From an uncultured Verrucomicrobiales bacterium (lineage in GTDB: Bacteria > Pseudomonadota > Alphaproteobacteria > Paracaedibacterales > CAIOTO01): DNA of 53,445 nucleotides. Numbering within the stretch: position 1 is the stretch's first letter; each line of letters begins with the position of its first letter. Below are positions 36,033-44,429 of this stretch, piece by piece. Below the pieces are notes generated by a model. The model was not told the DNA's origin. It was given only the letters and a program-made list of their open reading frames with translations, and made no database searches. A program made the translations under genes and the position numbers. The stretch lies in NCBI GenBank assembly GCA_964478775.1, contig CAYZJC010000003.1, positions 27,977 to 81,421 of the forward strand, written 5' to 3'.

Positions 36033-38576
36033 ATGTCAGAACATAGCAAGCAACCTATCATTATAAAAAAAATTAAAAAGGTATCTGCCGCGGGACATCA
36101 TGGCGGTAGCTGGAAAATTGCTTATGCTGATTTTGTGACTGCCATGATGGCGTTCTTTATGCTGATGTGGCTGATCAATGTGACGTCTGAAGAACAACGT
36201 AAAGGTATTGCTGACTTTTTTGCCCCCAATATTATTAATATGAAATCACGCAATGGTGCCGGTGGTATGATGGGGGGGATCAATGTAAGCAACCCCAATA
36301 ACAGTAATGGAAAAGGAACAGAGCCAAGCCCAACAGAAAAACCAGAGGAAGTCATTACAGAAGACGTCACAACAAACATGATGTCTGAAGAAGTTAAAAA
36401 AGTTACAAAGTCGCCTGAAGCCATGCAACGTTCAAGCACCAGTGAAACAAATGCATCAGAGGAAACAAAGTCATCTAGCGATTCCAATTCACACCAAGAC
36501 CCTAGCGTAAAAGATGCACAAGCCAGCACGGTCTCAACCCAAGCACAAACTGCTGCCCAAGTCGTAGACCACAGCACTGCAAATATTGCAAATAAGGATA
36601 CAGCAACCCAAGAATCCAAAATTGAACCTGCGCCACACAAAGCCCAGTCAGCAGAGACCAAACAAGGACAAGAACAAGGCAAAAGTGAAAGCCAGCAAAA
36701 GAAAGATGGCAGTAATGTGTCTAAAGGGGAAGGCACTCAGTTTGGCCAAAGCCAGCAGCAAAATGCAGACGCAGGCCAAAGGCGCCCACAAAAAGACAAT
36801 GTGGCAAAGTCTGCTTCTGTGGCAAAAAGTACGGCTATGGGTGAAAATATAGCTAGTGGCCAAAACATACAAAGTAAAGAGAACACGTCTCAAGGCCAAG
36901 GTCAAGCGAATGCATCACCTGCTGGCACGGGTCAACCTTCGCAAACAACGAACGGCGAAAAAGTTTCTGATTCACAAGAAAAGCTAAATGGAAAAAATAA
37001 GGAACAAGGGCAAAAAAACCAAAATGCGAATGAAAAAGCGATGGCCTCACCCAATGGTCAACGAAATCCGGCGGTTGAAAAAAATAGAACAAAAATTTCT
37101 TTAGGGCAACAGACCGCAAGTGGACGCGATGTGGTTTATGGTAAACATGCCAAACAAGCTGAAATGCAAGGGCAAATGAAACCAACGTATCGTGACCCTG
37201 GAAGTGCTCTGGCAAAAGGTCATGAATCAGCCCTTGTCAAATTGCAAAGCCAAAGTCAAACACAATCAAGGCAAAACGTCAGCAATCAACAAAAGCAAAA
37301 AAACATTCAAGACGCAGATTCCAAAACACGATCAACCTCTCAGGCCGCGGGTCGCCCTGGGCAAATTTCACCAGAAGTGACAAGTCCACAAGTACGGCAT
37401 AACGTTCAAAATAAAGACAAGGATAAGGACAAAGAGAAAGACAAGGAAAAAAATAAGAATACTACACAAACCCAGCATGCCCAACAAAACCCAGATAAAT
37501 TTCTTTCAAAAGACAGGCAAAGAAATGTAAGAAATGGGTCGACGAGTAAAAGCGTCACAACGCAAGCCCAAATGTTGCAAGACGCCCTACAACGTGAACA
37601 AGCAAAAATGCAGCAAAGGCAATTGACGCAGCAATACAGACGCTCTATTGAACATGGATTGTCGGGGCGTATGAAAAAAGAATTGGAAAAGGTTAAAAAA
37701 GTTAAGAAGGAAGCAAAAACCCAACCTGAATCTGCGCAAGCACAAGCTGCCAAAAAAGCATTAGAACAATTGCAAGAAGCCGAAGAAAAACAAATAAAAC
37801 AAATGTTGTCAGAAGTCATGGCAACAGTTTCTAAAAACCCAGAACTCAAAGGGTTGTTGCCGCAAATTGTTGCAGAAGTTAGGCCAGAAGGGCTTCGGAT
37901 TCAGTTAATTGACCAAGATAAAATGTCAATGTTCCCATCTGGCAGTTACGCTATTTTACCTAAAACCAGGAAATTGCTGGCGGCAATTGCAAAACTGGTT
38001 GCCCCTATGACAAACCAAGTGGTTATTTCCGGGCATACAGATGCAACCCCCTATATGAACCCGAAGCGTTACGGAAATTGGGAACTGTCAGCAGACCGCG
38101 CCAATGCCACCCGTCGCGTTCTTATAGAGCATGGAGTTGGAGAGGATAGATTTGAATCTGTTATGGGAAAGGAGGCGACTGATCCCTTTAATGCAAAAAA
38201 CCCAAGAGCCGCTGAAAACAGACGTATTAGCATTACCTTGCTTCGTCAATATGGAACGCCTGAGTCAGCGATGTATTCAAAGTTAACAGACCCTGATGCA
38301 ACAGATTCTGTCTTAGAAGCAACAAAAGCAACACCGCCACCCAAGGCTCCAGCAGCCCCTGCACCAGAGTCAGCACCAACTGCCCAGCCATCTCTTAATC
38401 CTGAAGTGAACACAGAAAATGCATCCGCGGCTGATGCAACCCCAATCATAGCTGAGCCTACACAAGAAGATATGGCAGCAAGTACAGAAATTGCGAAGGC
38501 CGTTGAGGATGCAGGCCAGAGGATGGATGAATTAACCAAAGGCAATGTTGAAAGTGCAGATGGAAATAACGCTTAA
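36033..38576 (+). CDS. motB: Flagellar motor stator protein MotB with ~510-aa low-complexity insertion and ~105-aa C-terminal tail
   Basis: N-terminus 'HHGGSWKIAYADFVTAMMAFFMLMWLINVTSEEQRKGIADFF' (TM helix with the conserved Asp, plus the plug). OmpA-like domain 'GLRIQLIDQDKMSMFPSGSYAILP...VVISGHTDATPY...GNWELSADRANATRRVL...ENRRISITLLR' at residues ~620-738. Residues ~72-585 are Q/S/K/N/T/E-rich. Confidence 0.85.
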   Translation: MSEHSKQPIIIKKIKKVSAAGHHGGSWKIAYADFVTAMMAFFMLMWLINVTSEEQRKGIADFFAPNIINMKSRNGAGGMMGGINVSNPNNSNGKGTEPSPTEKPEEVITEDVTTNMMSEEVKKVTKSPEAMQRSSTSETNASEETKSSSDSNSHQDPSVKDAQASTVSTQAQTAAQVVDHSTANIANKDTATQESKIEPAPHKAQSAETKQGQEQGKSESQQKKDGSNVSKGEGTQFGQSQQQNADAGQRRPQKDNVAKSASVAKSTAMGENIASGQNIQSKENTSQGQGQANASPAGTGQPSQTTNGEKVSDSQEKLNGKNKEQGQKNQNANEKAMASPNGQRNPAVEKNRTKISLGQQTASGRDVVYGKHAKQAEMQGQMKPTYRDPGSALAKGHESALVKLQSQSQTQSRQNVSNQQKQKNIQDADSKTRSTSQAAGRPGQISPEVTSPQVRHNVQNKDKDKDKEKDKEKNKNTTQTQHAQQNPDKFLSKDRQRNVRNGSTSKSVTTQAQMLQDALQREQAKMQQRQLTQQYRRSIEHGLSGRMKKELEKVKKVKKEAKTQPESAQAQAAKKALEQLQEAEEKQIKQMLSEVMATVSKNPELKGLLPQIVAEVRPEGLRIQLIDQDKMSMFPSGSYAILPKTRKLLAAIAKLVAPMTNQVVISGHTDATPYMNPKRYGNWELSADRANATRRVLIEHGVGEDRFESVMGKEATDPFNAKNPRAAENRRISITLLRQYGTPESAMYSKLTDPDATDSVLEATKATPPPKAPAAPAPESAPTAQPSLNPEVNTENASAADATPIIAEPTQEDMAASTEIAKAVEDAGQRMDELTKGNVESADGNNA
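37413..37457 (+). repeat. In-frame (AAR-GAY)n microrepeat encoding KDKDKDKEKDKEKNK within motB
   Basis: The sequence 'aaagacaaggataaggacaaagagaaagacaaggaaaaaaataag' was read directly. Confidence 0.8.
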
Positions 38577-38586
38577 ACAATACGCG

Positions 38587-39204
38587 CTACATTTCACTAG
38601 GTCTATACGACCACAGCAAAGTTAATACATACGCCACCTGCAGCCCGCTATCAAACTTAACTGGTTTTGGCTTACCCTTCTTTTTTAAGTTGCGTTCTAT
38701 GGCTTCGTATTCTTGTTGAATCGTGAGTAATTGAACACTTCCTGGCATTTCTTGGTGAATCTTTTCAACTAAGTACTTAAAGGCATGTTCATTTTTACAC
38801 CTTACATGCAAGGTAATGTGTTGTTGATTAATGAGCGGGTCTTCATGTGCAATTTTGACCTGTGAAACGCGCATGTGAATTGCGGAAATTTTATTTTGTT
38901 TTTGCAACCGCATAACAAATTGTTCAAAGGTATGAGAATTTAGCTTTTGTTGAAAGTGAGAGCTATTAAATTTTTTAAGGCTATGACTTCCCTTTTCTTG
39001 TGCTTCGCGGTAGCTGGCTTCAAGACTATAAAGTGTTTTTTGGTCAAACAAACGTTGCTTTGCAGCTGCATACACTTTTTTGTCTTCATTCATTTTACTG
39101 CGACTAATACTGGCAAAGCTTATACCCAAAAGCATAACCAAACCAATACTGACAAGCAAGGGTACCATGTGGTTTTTTTTTGTAAAAAGGTCTGAGCTTT
39201 CCAT
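38587..39204 (-). CDS. Hypothetical bitopic membrane protein (GspM/PilO-like topology)
   Basis: 205 aa. N-terminal TM helix 'MVPLLVSIGLVMLLGISFASI' and a helical stretch. The C-terminal segment 'ITLHVRCKNEHAFKYLVEKIHQEMPGSVQLLTIQ' resembles the ferredoxin-like part of PilO/GspM. It lies 14 bp downstream of the 629-aa gene. Confidence 0.45.
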   Translation of the reverse strand: MESSDLFTKKNHMVPLLVSIGLVMLLGISFASISRSKMNEDKKVYAAAKQRLFDQKTLYSLEASYREAQEKGSHSLKKFNSSHFQQKLNSHTFEQFVMRLQKQNKISAIHMRVSQVKIAHEDPLINQQHITLHVRCKNEHAFKYLVEKIHQEMPGSVQLLTIQQEYEAIERNLKKKGKPKPVKFDSGLQVAYVLTLLWSYRPSEM

Positions 39205-39218
39205 TTCATATTCCCTTG

Positions 39219-41108
39219 TTATTGACTTGCTTCTTTATCTTTTTTATCGAGTGCAAACTGAATAGTCACTTTGTATAAACGAAGTGTGGAAGTGTCTCTT
39301 TTTTCTTTTTGTAATTGGGCGGCATAGTTTTTCAGCATTTTACGTAAAAGTGGTGATTGCTGTTCTGGGCTAACCTCATCTATTTTAAGATAACTGGCAT
39401 CAAGGCGTAAAAATAATTGCTCTGCTCTTTTGAGATAGGACTGTTGTTCTGTAGGCGCTTTCTTTTTCTTGGCAAGTTTGCTGTGTGTTATAAACGTTCT
39501 TTTAGGTAAAACAAAATGGGCTTTTAGCTGTATGGTTGGTGTGGTAACTTTATCAAACATTTCATCTGGAATGGCTTGTTCTTTAGGTTCTTCAACAACT
39601 TGAAGCCCTTCTTGCAAAAGCGGTTGCCGTTTCTTAGGGACACTAAGCGTCATGGCTTGTGGAAACCCACCAAATTTTACTTCATAATCAAATAAAATAA
39701 AGGAACCACGTATTAAGTTTAAGCTGGAATCTTTCTTACTAAGCCATTCATAAGGTTGATAAAAATCTATAAAGGTGTCAAACAGTTGAACCGTTTCTTT
39801 TCTGTTCTGGTCACCTAGCTGCTGCATAATTCCAACTTTTTCACGTTGTAATCGCTCACTCTCATAGTGAATAATAGCACTTTGCAAAATGCTGCCAGCT
39901 GTAATACCTAAGGTAAACATACATATAAATGTTGCAGCCCTCAATGTGTTTAAAGGGGCATGAAAAGCATAAAATTGTCTTGCAAAAAAACGTGTGTGCA
40001 TGTGGGAAATGGTATCTGCTACACTTTTTGCTTCAAGTCTTTTCCCCCAAGGTAAACAAGCATGCCAAACACACTGTATTTCATGTTTTATTTTTGACCA
40101 TAAATCAAAGGGAGTACGTAATAAAAATTGTGCGACCTCTCTTTGAGAGAGTTGAATAATCTTATTCACATGATAATGACTCTCTTTTAAGTCTTCTTTA
40201 CTTACCATGTCTTCAGGAAAGCCTGACATCATCAGCATTAATGTGTCTTGATTTTTAAAGCCAAGACGTGAGGCGTAACGTGTTAAGTTTTGAATTTCAT
40301 TGATGATTTTTGTCGTTTGACTTTCACTGTCGCTCGTGCTTGGAAACTCACAATTTTTAACCGTTACAGGAACATTTTTATGCATTAAAACCATATGGTA
40401 ATACTTTTCATGCATTTTATTCATTACCAAAAGCCATTCCACCTTGTCTTTCACAAGTGTCTTCTTTGCTTTGTCAGCGCATTTAAGGGCCATTAAAACG
40501 GCTAGCGACTCAAAACGTATTAATGAATTATTGAGCTGCTTAATGACTAATAAGCTTTGCATCAATTTCGCACTGGGAATAACAGAAGTAATGAGAGCCG
40601 TTTGCAGTTCATGGCCGTGATGTGAATTTGTTGCAAGATACAAAATACTATTCCACGATTCCTTTGTGCATTCCAGTTTAAGGTATTGCTGCATTAACCA
40701 AGCGCGTTTTATGCAATTCACATGGGGAAATGTAAATGTTTTAAATTCAATTTCCGCAATATCAAACAAGACATGCATGGGCCAGTCTTGCTTATCACTT
40801 AAGAAATGTTGCAATTTCTTTATGGGGCTTTCATCAACATTGTAAACGAATCGTTCGCTTGCATGACCACGTTGAATAGCAACAAAAATAATGGAATGGG
40901 GTGAGACAATAATTTGCAAATAGGTGTCTGCAAAATTGGTTAGCATATTTGAAAATAAACTTCTTAATACTGGCCACACATGCAAAACACCTTGTGCACC
41001 AATTTTTAAACGTTCAATTATTGAAGGCGTATGAACCGATGGATTCAATAACCAATCCTTTGGACGTTCAGCTTGCATTATCTGGCGTATTTTATTTAAA
41101 TTCAACAT
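39219..41108 (-). CDS. Hypothetical bitopic membrane protein (large cytoplasmic N-domain, one TM, ~210-aa periplasmic part; GspL- or PilM-PilN-like topology)
   Basis: 629 aa. It has a single central hydrophobic helix 'AATFICMFTLGITAGSILQSAII' (residues ~395-418). It lies 21 bp downstream of the GspF-like gene. No motif recognised. Confidence 0.45.
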   Translation of the reverse strand: MLNLNKIRQIMQAERPKDWLLNPSVHTPSIIERLKIGAQGVLHVWPVLRSLFSNMLTNFADTYLQIIVSPHSIIFVAIQRGHASERFVYNVDESPIKKLQHFLSDKQDWPMHVLFDIAEIEFKTFTFPHVNCIKRAWLMQQYLKLECTKESWNSILYLATNSHHGHELQTALITSVIPSAKLMQSLLVIKQLNNSLIRFESLAVLMALKCADKAKKTLVKDKVEWLLVMNKMHEKYYHMVLMHKNVPVTVKNCEFPSTSDSESQTTKIINEIQNLTRYASRLGFKNQDTLMLMMSGFPEDMVSKEDLKESHYHVNKIIQLSQREVAQFLLRTPFDLWSKIKHEIQCVWHACLPWGKRLEAKSVADTISHMHTRFFARQFYAFHAPLNTLRAATFICMFTLGITAGSILQSAIIHYESERLQREKVGIMQQLGDQNRKETVQLFDTFIDFYQPYEWLSKKDSSLNLIRGSFILFDYEVKFGGFPQAMTLSVPKKRQPLLQEGLQVVEEPKEQAIPDEMFDKVTTPTIQLKAHFVLPKRTFITHSKLAKKKKAPTEQQSYLKRAEQLFLRLDASYLKIDEVSPEQQSPLLRKMLKNYAAQLQKEKRDTSTLRLYKVTIQFALDKKDKEASQ

Positions 41109-41129
41109 GCGAAATTCATGACCTACTTG

Positions 41130-42269
41130 TTAAAACACCTCTGACATATTATCGTAAAGAGGAATGAGTGTTGCATACAAAATCCACAACACAACTAGGC
41201 CCATCATAAAAAGTATAAGAGGCTGAGTCCACAACATAATACTATTCATTATATTTTTTCTGTAAGCTGTTTCAATTTCAACAACACGTGCAATGCCACC
41301 TTGCAGGTCGTTACATAAAAATGCATGCTCTAAAATAATTTTTACAATAGCAGGCAAGCAGTTTAGTTGGTTTGCTGCAGTGCGATGATCCCCCTTTTCA
41401 ATTAAATTTTGAAATGAGATAAGGTTGGCTTGCACATATGAATTAACACTTAACATCGCAAGTTCAATACTCTTTAAGTAAGGCATTTGCTGCCTTAAAC
41501 AAAACATCAATTGCTGCCAAAAAGGAAATAATTGCAAGCGTGTAACGGCTGGTATTTTATAAAACACATGTTTCATTTTAAATAAAACCAAGGAAATGAA
41601 GATAATTACCCCAATAATATATAGCTGATTAAATAACACCCATCTTAATGATTTTTGCGCAAATGTTGTTTCAATATGACTGCCAGGCGCTAAGGTGCCC
41701 AAAGCCATGTTGTCAATCGCAGGCAATAAGATATTGGCTAGTACAAAAATAACACAAAACAAAGCCGTCAGCACAAGTAAGGGGTAGCGTATAAGCTGTC
41801 TAATGTTGTCTTTTATGTGGGCATTGTCGGTATAGTTTTTTGCTAAGTCATGACACATTGAGGCAAGTGCGCCGGTTTGGGCCGCTTGCATAAGACCGGC
41901 TGTGGCAAGGGGGTCAAAAAATGCCAGATTTTGATGGGTTGTAAATGGCTTGCCATGTAAAGCGTAGACAAGCAACGTTTTACTTAATGCTTTCATGTGA
42001 GGCTGGCTTGAATTGCTAACTAAAAAATCTAAGGCTTTTTCCAGAGGGAAATCACTTTGCAGTAAAATCGCAAGATTTTGATACCAGTTTGCTTTGTTTT
42101 CATCTGAAAATGACCAGGTCACAGACGACAGAACGGGTTTGATACGCAAAACTTTAAGGTCAAAGGAAGTAAAGTCATTGAGGAACTCATTTTTGTCTTG
42201 CGCATAAAAAATTCCGTGGGTTGTTTTTTGTGATTGATCAACATACCAAATACTAAAAAAATTAATCAT
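41130..42269 (-). CDS. Divergent type II secretion / type IV pilus platform protein (GspF/PilC family)
   Basis: 379 aa. Three TM helices in the GspF pattern ('IRYPLLVLTALFCVIFVLANILLPAI', 'LYIIGVIIFISLVLF', 'PLILFMMGLVVLWILYATLIPLY'). Two T2SSF-like repeats ('WYQNLAILLQSDFPLEKALDFL...' and 'FWQQLMFCLRQQMPYLKSIELA...'). Confidence 0.65.
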   Translation of the reverse strand: MINFFSIWYVDQSQKTTHGIFYAQDKNEFLNDFTSFDLKVLRIKPVLSSVTWSFSDENKANWYQNLAILLQSDFPLEKALDFLVSNSSQPHMKALSKTLLVYALHGKPFTTHQNLAFFDPLATAGLMQAAQTGALASMCHDLAKNYTDNAHIKDNIRQLIRYPLLVLTALFCVIFVLANILLPAIDNMALGTLAPGSHIETTFAQKSLRWVLFNQLYIIGVIIFISLVLFKMKHVFYKIPAVTRLQLFPFWQQLMFCLRQQMPYLKSIELAMLSVNSYVQANLISFQNLIEKGDHRTAANQLNCLPAIVKIILEHAFLCNDLQGGIARVVEIETAYRKNIMNSIMLWTQPLILFMMGLVVLWILYATLIPLYDNMSEVF

Positions 42270-42336
42270 TGAAAATGACTCTTACTACCAATGGATAAAA
42301 AAAGACCAGTCACGAGGGTGCTGGTCACTAATGGTG

Positions 42337-42804
42337 TTAGTCGTCGCGGTGTGTTCTCTCGCGTCTTTCATGTTGTTCTTGTGCTTCAATGCTAAGGGTT
42401 GCAATGGGCCTGGCATCTAAGCGCTTAAAGCCTATAGGCTCACCCGTTTCTTCACAAAAACCATATGAACCATCTTCAATGCGATGTAGGGCTTCATTAA
42501 TTTTATTGATCAGTTTTCTTTCGCGGTCACGCGTGCGCAATTCTAGTGCGCGAGACACTTCATTACACGCAAAGTCAATGGCATCTGGTTCTTGGTTTGC
42601 CTTACCTTGCATGTCGTAAATTGTTTCTGTGCTTTCTTGCAAAAGCTGGCTTCGCCACATTAAAAGTTTTTCTTTGAAGTATTTTAATGATTCTTCAGAC
42701 ATTGTGTCATTATCAGGATATGTGGATTTCGTATTTAAATCCACAAAATCTGTGGGTTCCTTCAGTTTGGACGTGCTCATATGACAACTAACCTTTCGTG
42801 TCAA
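42337..42804 (-). CDS. dksA: RNA polymerase-binding transcription factor DksA (zinc-finger-less variant)
   Basis: Coiled-coil tip DxxDxA in 'EPDAIDFACNEV'. 'ERKLINKINEALHRIEDGSYGFCEETGEPIGFKRLDARPIATLSIEAQE'. The likely start is 'MSTSK' at 42780. Confidence 0.85.
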   Translation of the reverse strand: MTRKVSCHMSTSKLKEPTDFVDLNTKSTYPDNDTMSEESLKYFKEKLLMWRSQLLQESTETIYDMQGKANQEPDAIDFACNEVSRALELRTRDRERKLINKINEALHRIEDGSYGFCEETGEPIGFKRLDARPIATLSIEAQEQHERRERTHRDD

Positions 42805-43034
42805 AACTTAATTGATACAATTTTAACTAAATTTTTAACAAAGGAAAGAAAAAAATGTGCAAGTTATGTAAAATTTTAGATTTCTGAATAAATAGCTGGG
42901 ACTTTAGAATTCGATTTGACTTTTTGTGTGGTTTGAACTATTTTCAAATTGAAGATTGCAAAAAATATTATTCCTTTGGTGCAGATCTTATTCATTCAGT
43001 GCACCAAGACTAGAGATTTGAAAGTTAACTATTC

Positions 43035-43898
43035 ATGAATTGGCTCACTAACTTTGTAAAACCCAAAATTCAAGCACTTATCAATAGAAATGCAATTCCA
43101 GATAACTTGTGGACAAAGTGCCCAGGCTGTGAACACATGCTATTTCACAGAGACTTGCAAGAAAACTTATTTGTTTGCCATCACTGCAATCACCACATGC
43201 GCATCAACGTACAAGACAGACTGGCGTCCATGTTTGATGAAGGTCTGTTTAGTGAAATTGCTTTAGAAAAAGTAGTGGCTGACCCATTGCGTTTTAAAGA
43301 CACCAAGCGTTATGTTGACCGCTTGAAGGAACATCGCCATAAGACGGGTAAGCAAGACACGGTAACCGTCGCCTTGGGCCAAATGAGCCGTCGCCCAGTT
43401 GTTGTGGCCGCATTCGATTTTAATTTCATGGGGGGGTCCATGGGAATAGCTGCAGGTGAAGCCCTAGTCACAGCCGCACAACATGCCGTTAAAAACAATG
43501 CCCCATTTATTGTGATTAGTGCTTCTGGTGGGGCACGTATGCAAGAAGGTATATTGTCATTGATGCAGATGCCAAGAAGCATTGTGGCCGTGCAACGGGT
43601 AAAGGAAGCTGGTTTGCCTTATATTACTGTTTTAACAGACCCAACCACAGGGGGCGTGTCAGCCTCTTTCGCTATGTTGGGTGATGTGGCAATTGCTGAA
43701 CCTGGTTGTTTAATTGGGTTTGCTGGGGCACGTGTGATTGAAGAAACTATTCGCCAAAAACTACCTGATGGTTTTCAAAGGGCTGAGTATTTGTTGGACC
43801 ATGGTATGGTTGATATGGTGGTCCACCGTTCCAAAATGCGCGAAACTCTCGTGCGTTTGCTTGACTACTTAATGGGTGGCTTTAAGCGAACTGCCTAA
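43035..43898 (+). CDS. accD: Acetyl-CoA carboxylase carboxyltransferase subunit beta
   Basis: Zinc ribbon '[26 protein letters not shown]'. '[14 protein letters not shown]', '[16 protein letters not shown]'. Confidence 0.92.
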   Translation: MNWLTNFVKPKIQALINRNAIPDNLWTKCPGCEHMLFHRDLQENLFVCHHCNHHMRINVQDRLASMFDEGLFSEIALEKVVADPLRFKDTKRYVDRLKEHRHKTGKQDTVTVALGQMSRRPVVVAAFDFNFMGGSMGIAAGEALVTAAQHAVKNNAPFIVISASGGARMQEGILSLMQMPRSIVAVQRVKEAGLPYITVLTDPTTGGVSASFAMLGDVAIAEPGCLIGFAGARVIEETIRQKLPDGFQRAEYLLDHGMVDMVVHRSKMRETLVRLLDYLMGGFKRTA

Positions 43899-43948
43899 GC
43901 CTATAACTTTTTATGAAAATGAAGGGGTGCATAATATGGCACCCTTTT

Positions 43949-44389
43949 TTAAAACAATTCTTGCGCCCTTTTTTCAAACGCCTCTATCATCATACCTGTT
44001 GCTTTTTCCAGCATAGATTCCATCAGCGAGCCAAAAAGCGGATGATCAATTTCAAAGTCAATAAAAAATTCTATTTCTGTTTGTGGTTCTTCAACAGTAC
44101 CACACGGGGTAAATGTCCATTTATTATTAAGGTGCTTGAAAGGGCCTTTAATAAAGGTTGTTGTAATGGTTCTATTCATAGGGTCTAAGACAATCTGTGA
44201 GGAATAAGACTGTGCCATTGGCCCTACGCCCACTGTCATATCGGCATCAAAGCCATTGTCGCGTTGCGCGTATACTTTTGCATCTTGTGCCCAGGGTAAA
44301 AACTGTGGGTACTTTTCAACATCTGCAACCAAGTGAAACATTTGATCCGCAAGGTAGGGAACAGTGCGTTTTTCTGTGCGTTGTGGCAT
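43949..44389 (-). CDS. SRPBCC/START-fold protein (RatA / COQ10 ubiquinone-binding family)
   Basis: 146 aa. 'MFHLVADVEKYPQFLPW' and 'FKHLNNKWTF' are typical of the polyketide_cyc2/COQ10 family. Confidence 0.75.
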   Translation of the reverse strand: MPQRTEKRTVPYLADQMFHLVADVEKYPQFLPWAQDAKVYAQRDNGFDADMTVGVGPMAQSYSSQIVLDPMNRTITTTFIKGPFKHLNNKWTFTPCGTVEEPQTEIEFFIDFEIDHPLFGSLMESMLEKATGMMIEAFEKRAQELF

Positions 44390-44429
44390 GGGTCAACCTT
44401 TCTTAAAATGAAAATGTAAGATATTTAAA

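Noticed and set aside
37413-37457. Short tandem repeat (AAR-GAY)n
   Set aside because: It is not a CRISPR array or an intergenic microsatellite. It is in frame within motB and encodes KDKDKDKEKDKEKNK.
36122-37849. Several long antisense ORFs (36122-36736, 36853-37215, 37406-37849, minus strand) opposite motB
   Set aside because: They are composition-driven shadow ORFs in the low-complexity linker region. The translated products are Cys/Leu/Phe-rich nonsense. The + strand frame has canonical MotB domains at both ends.
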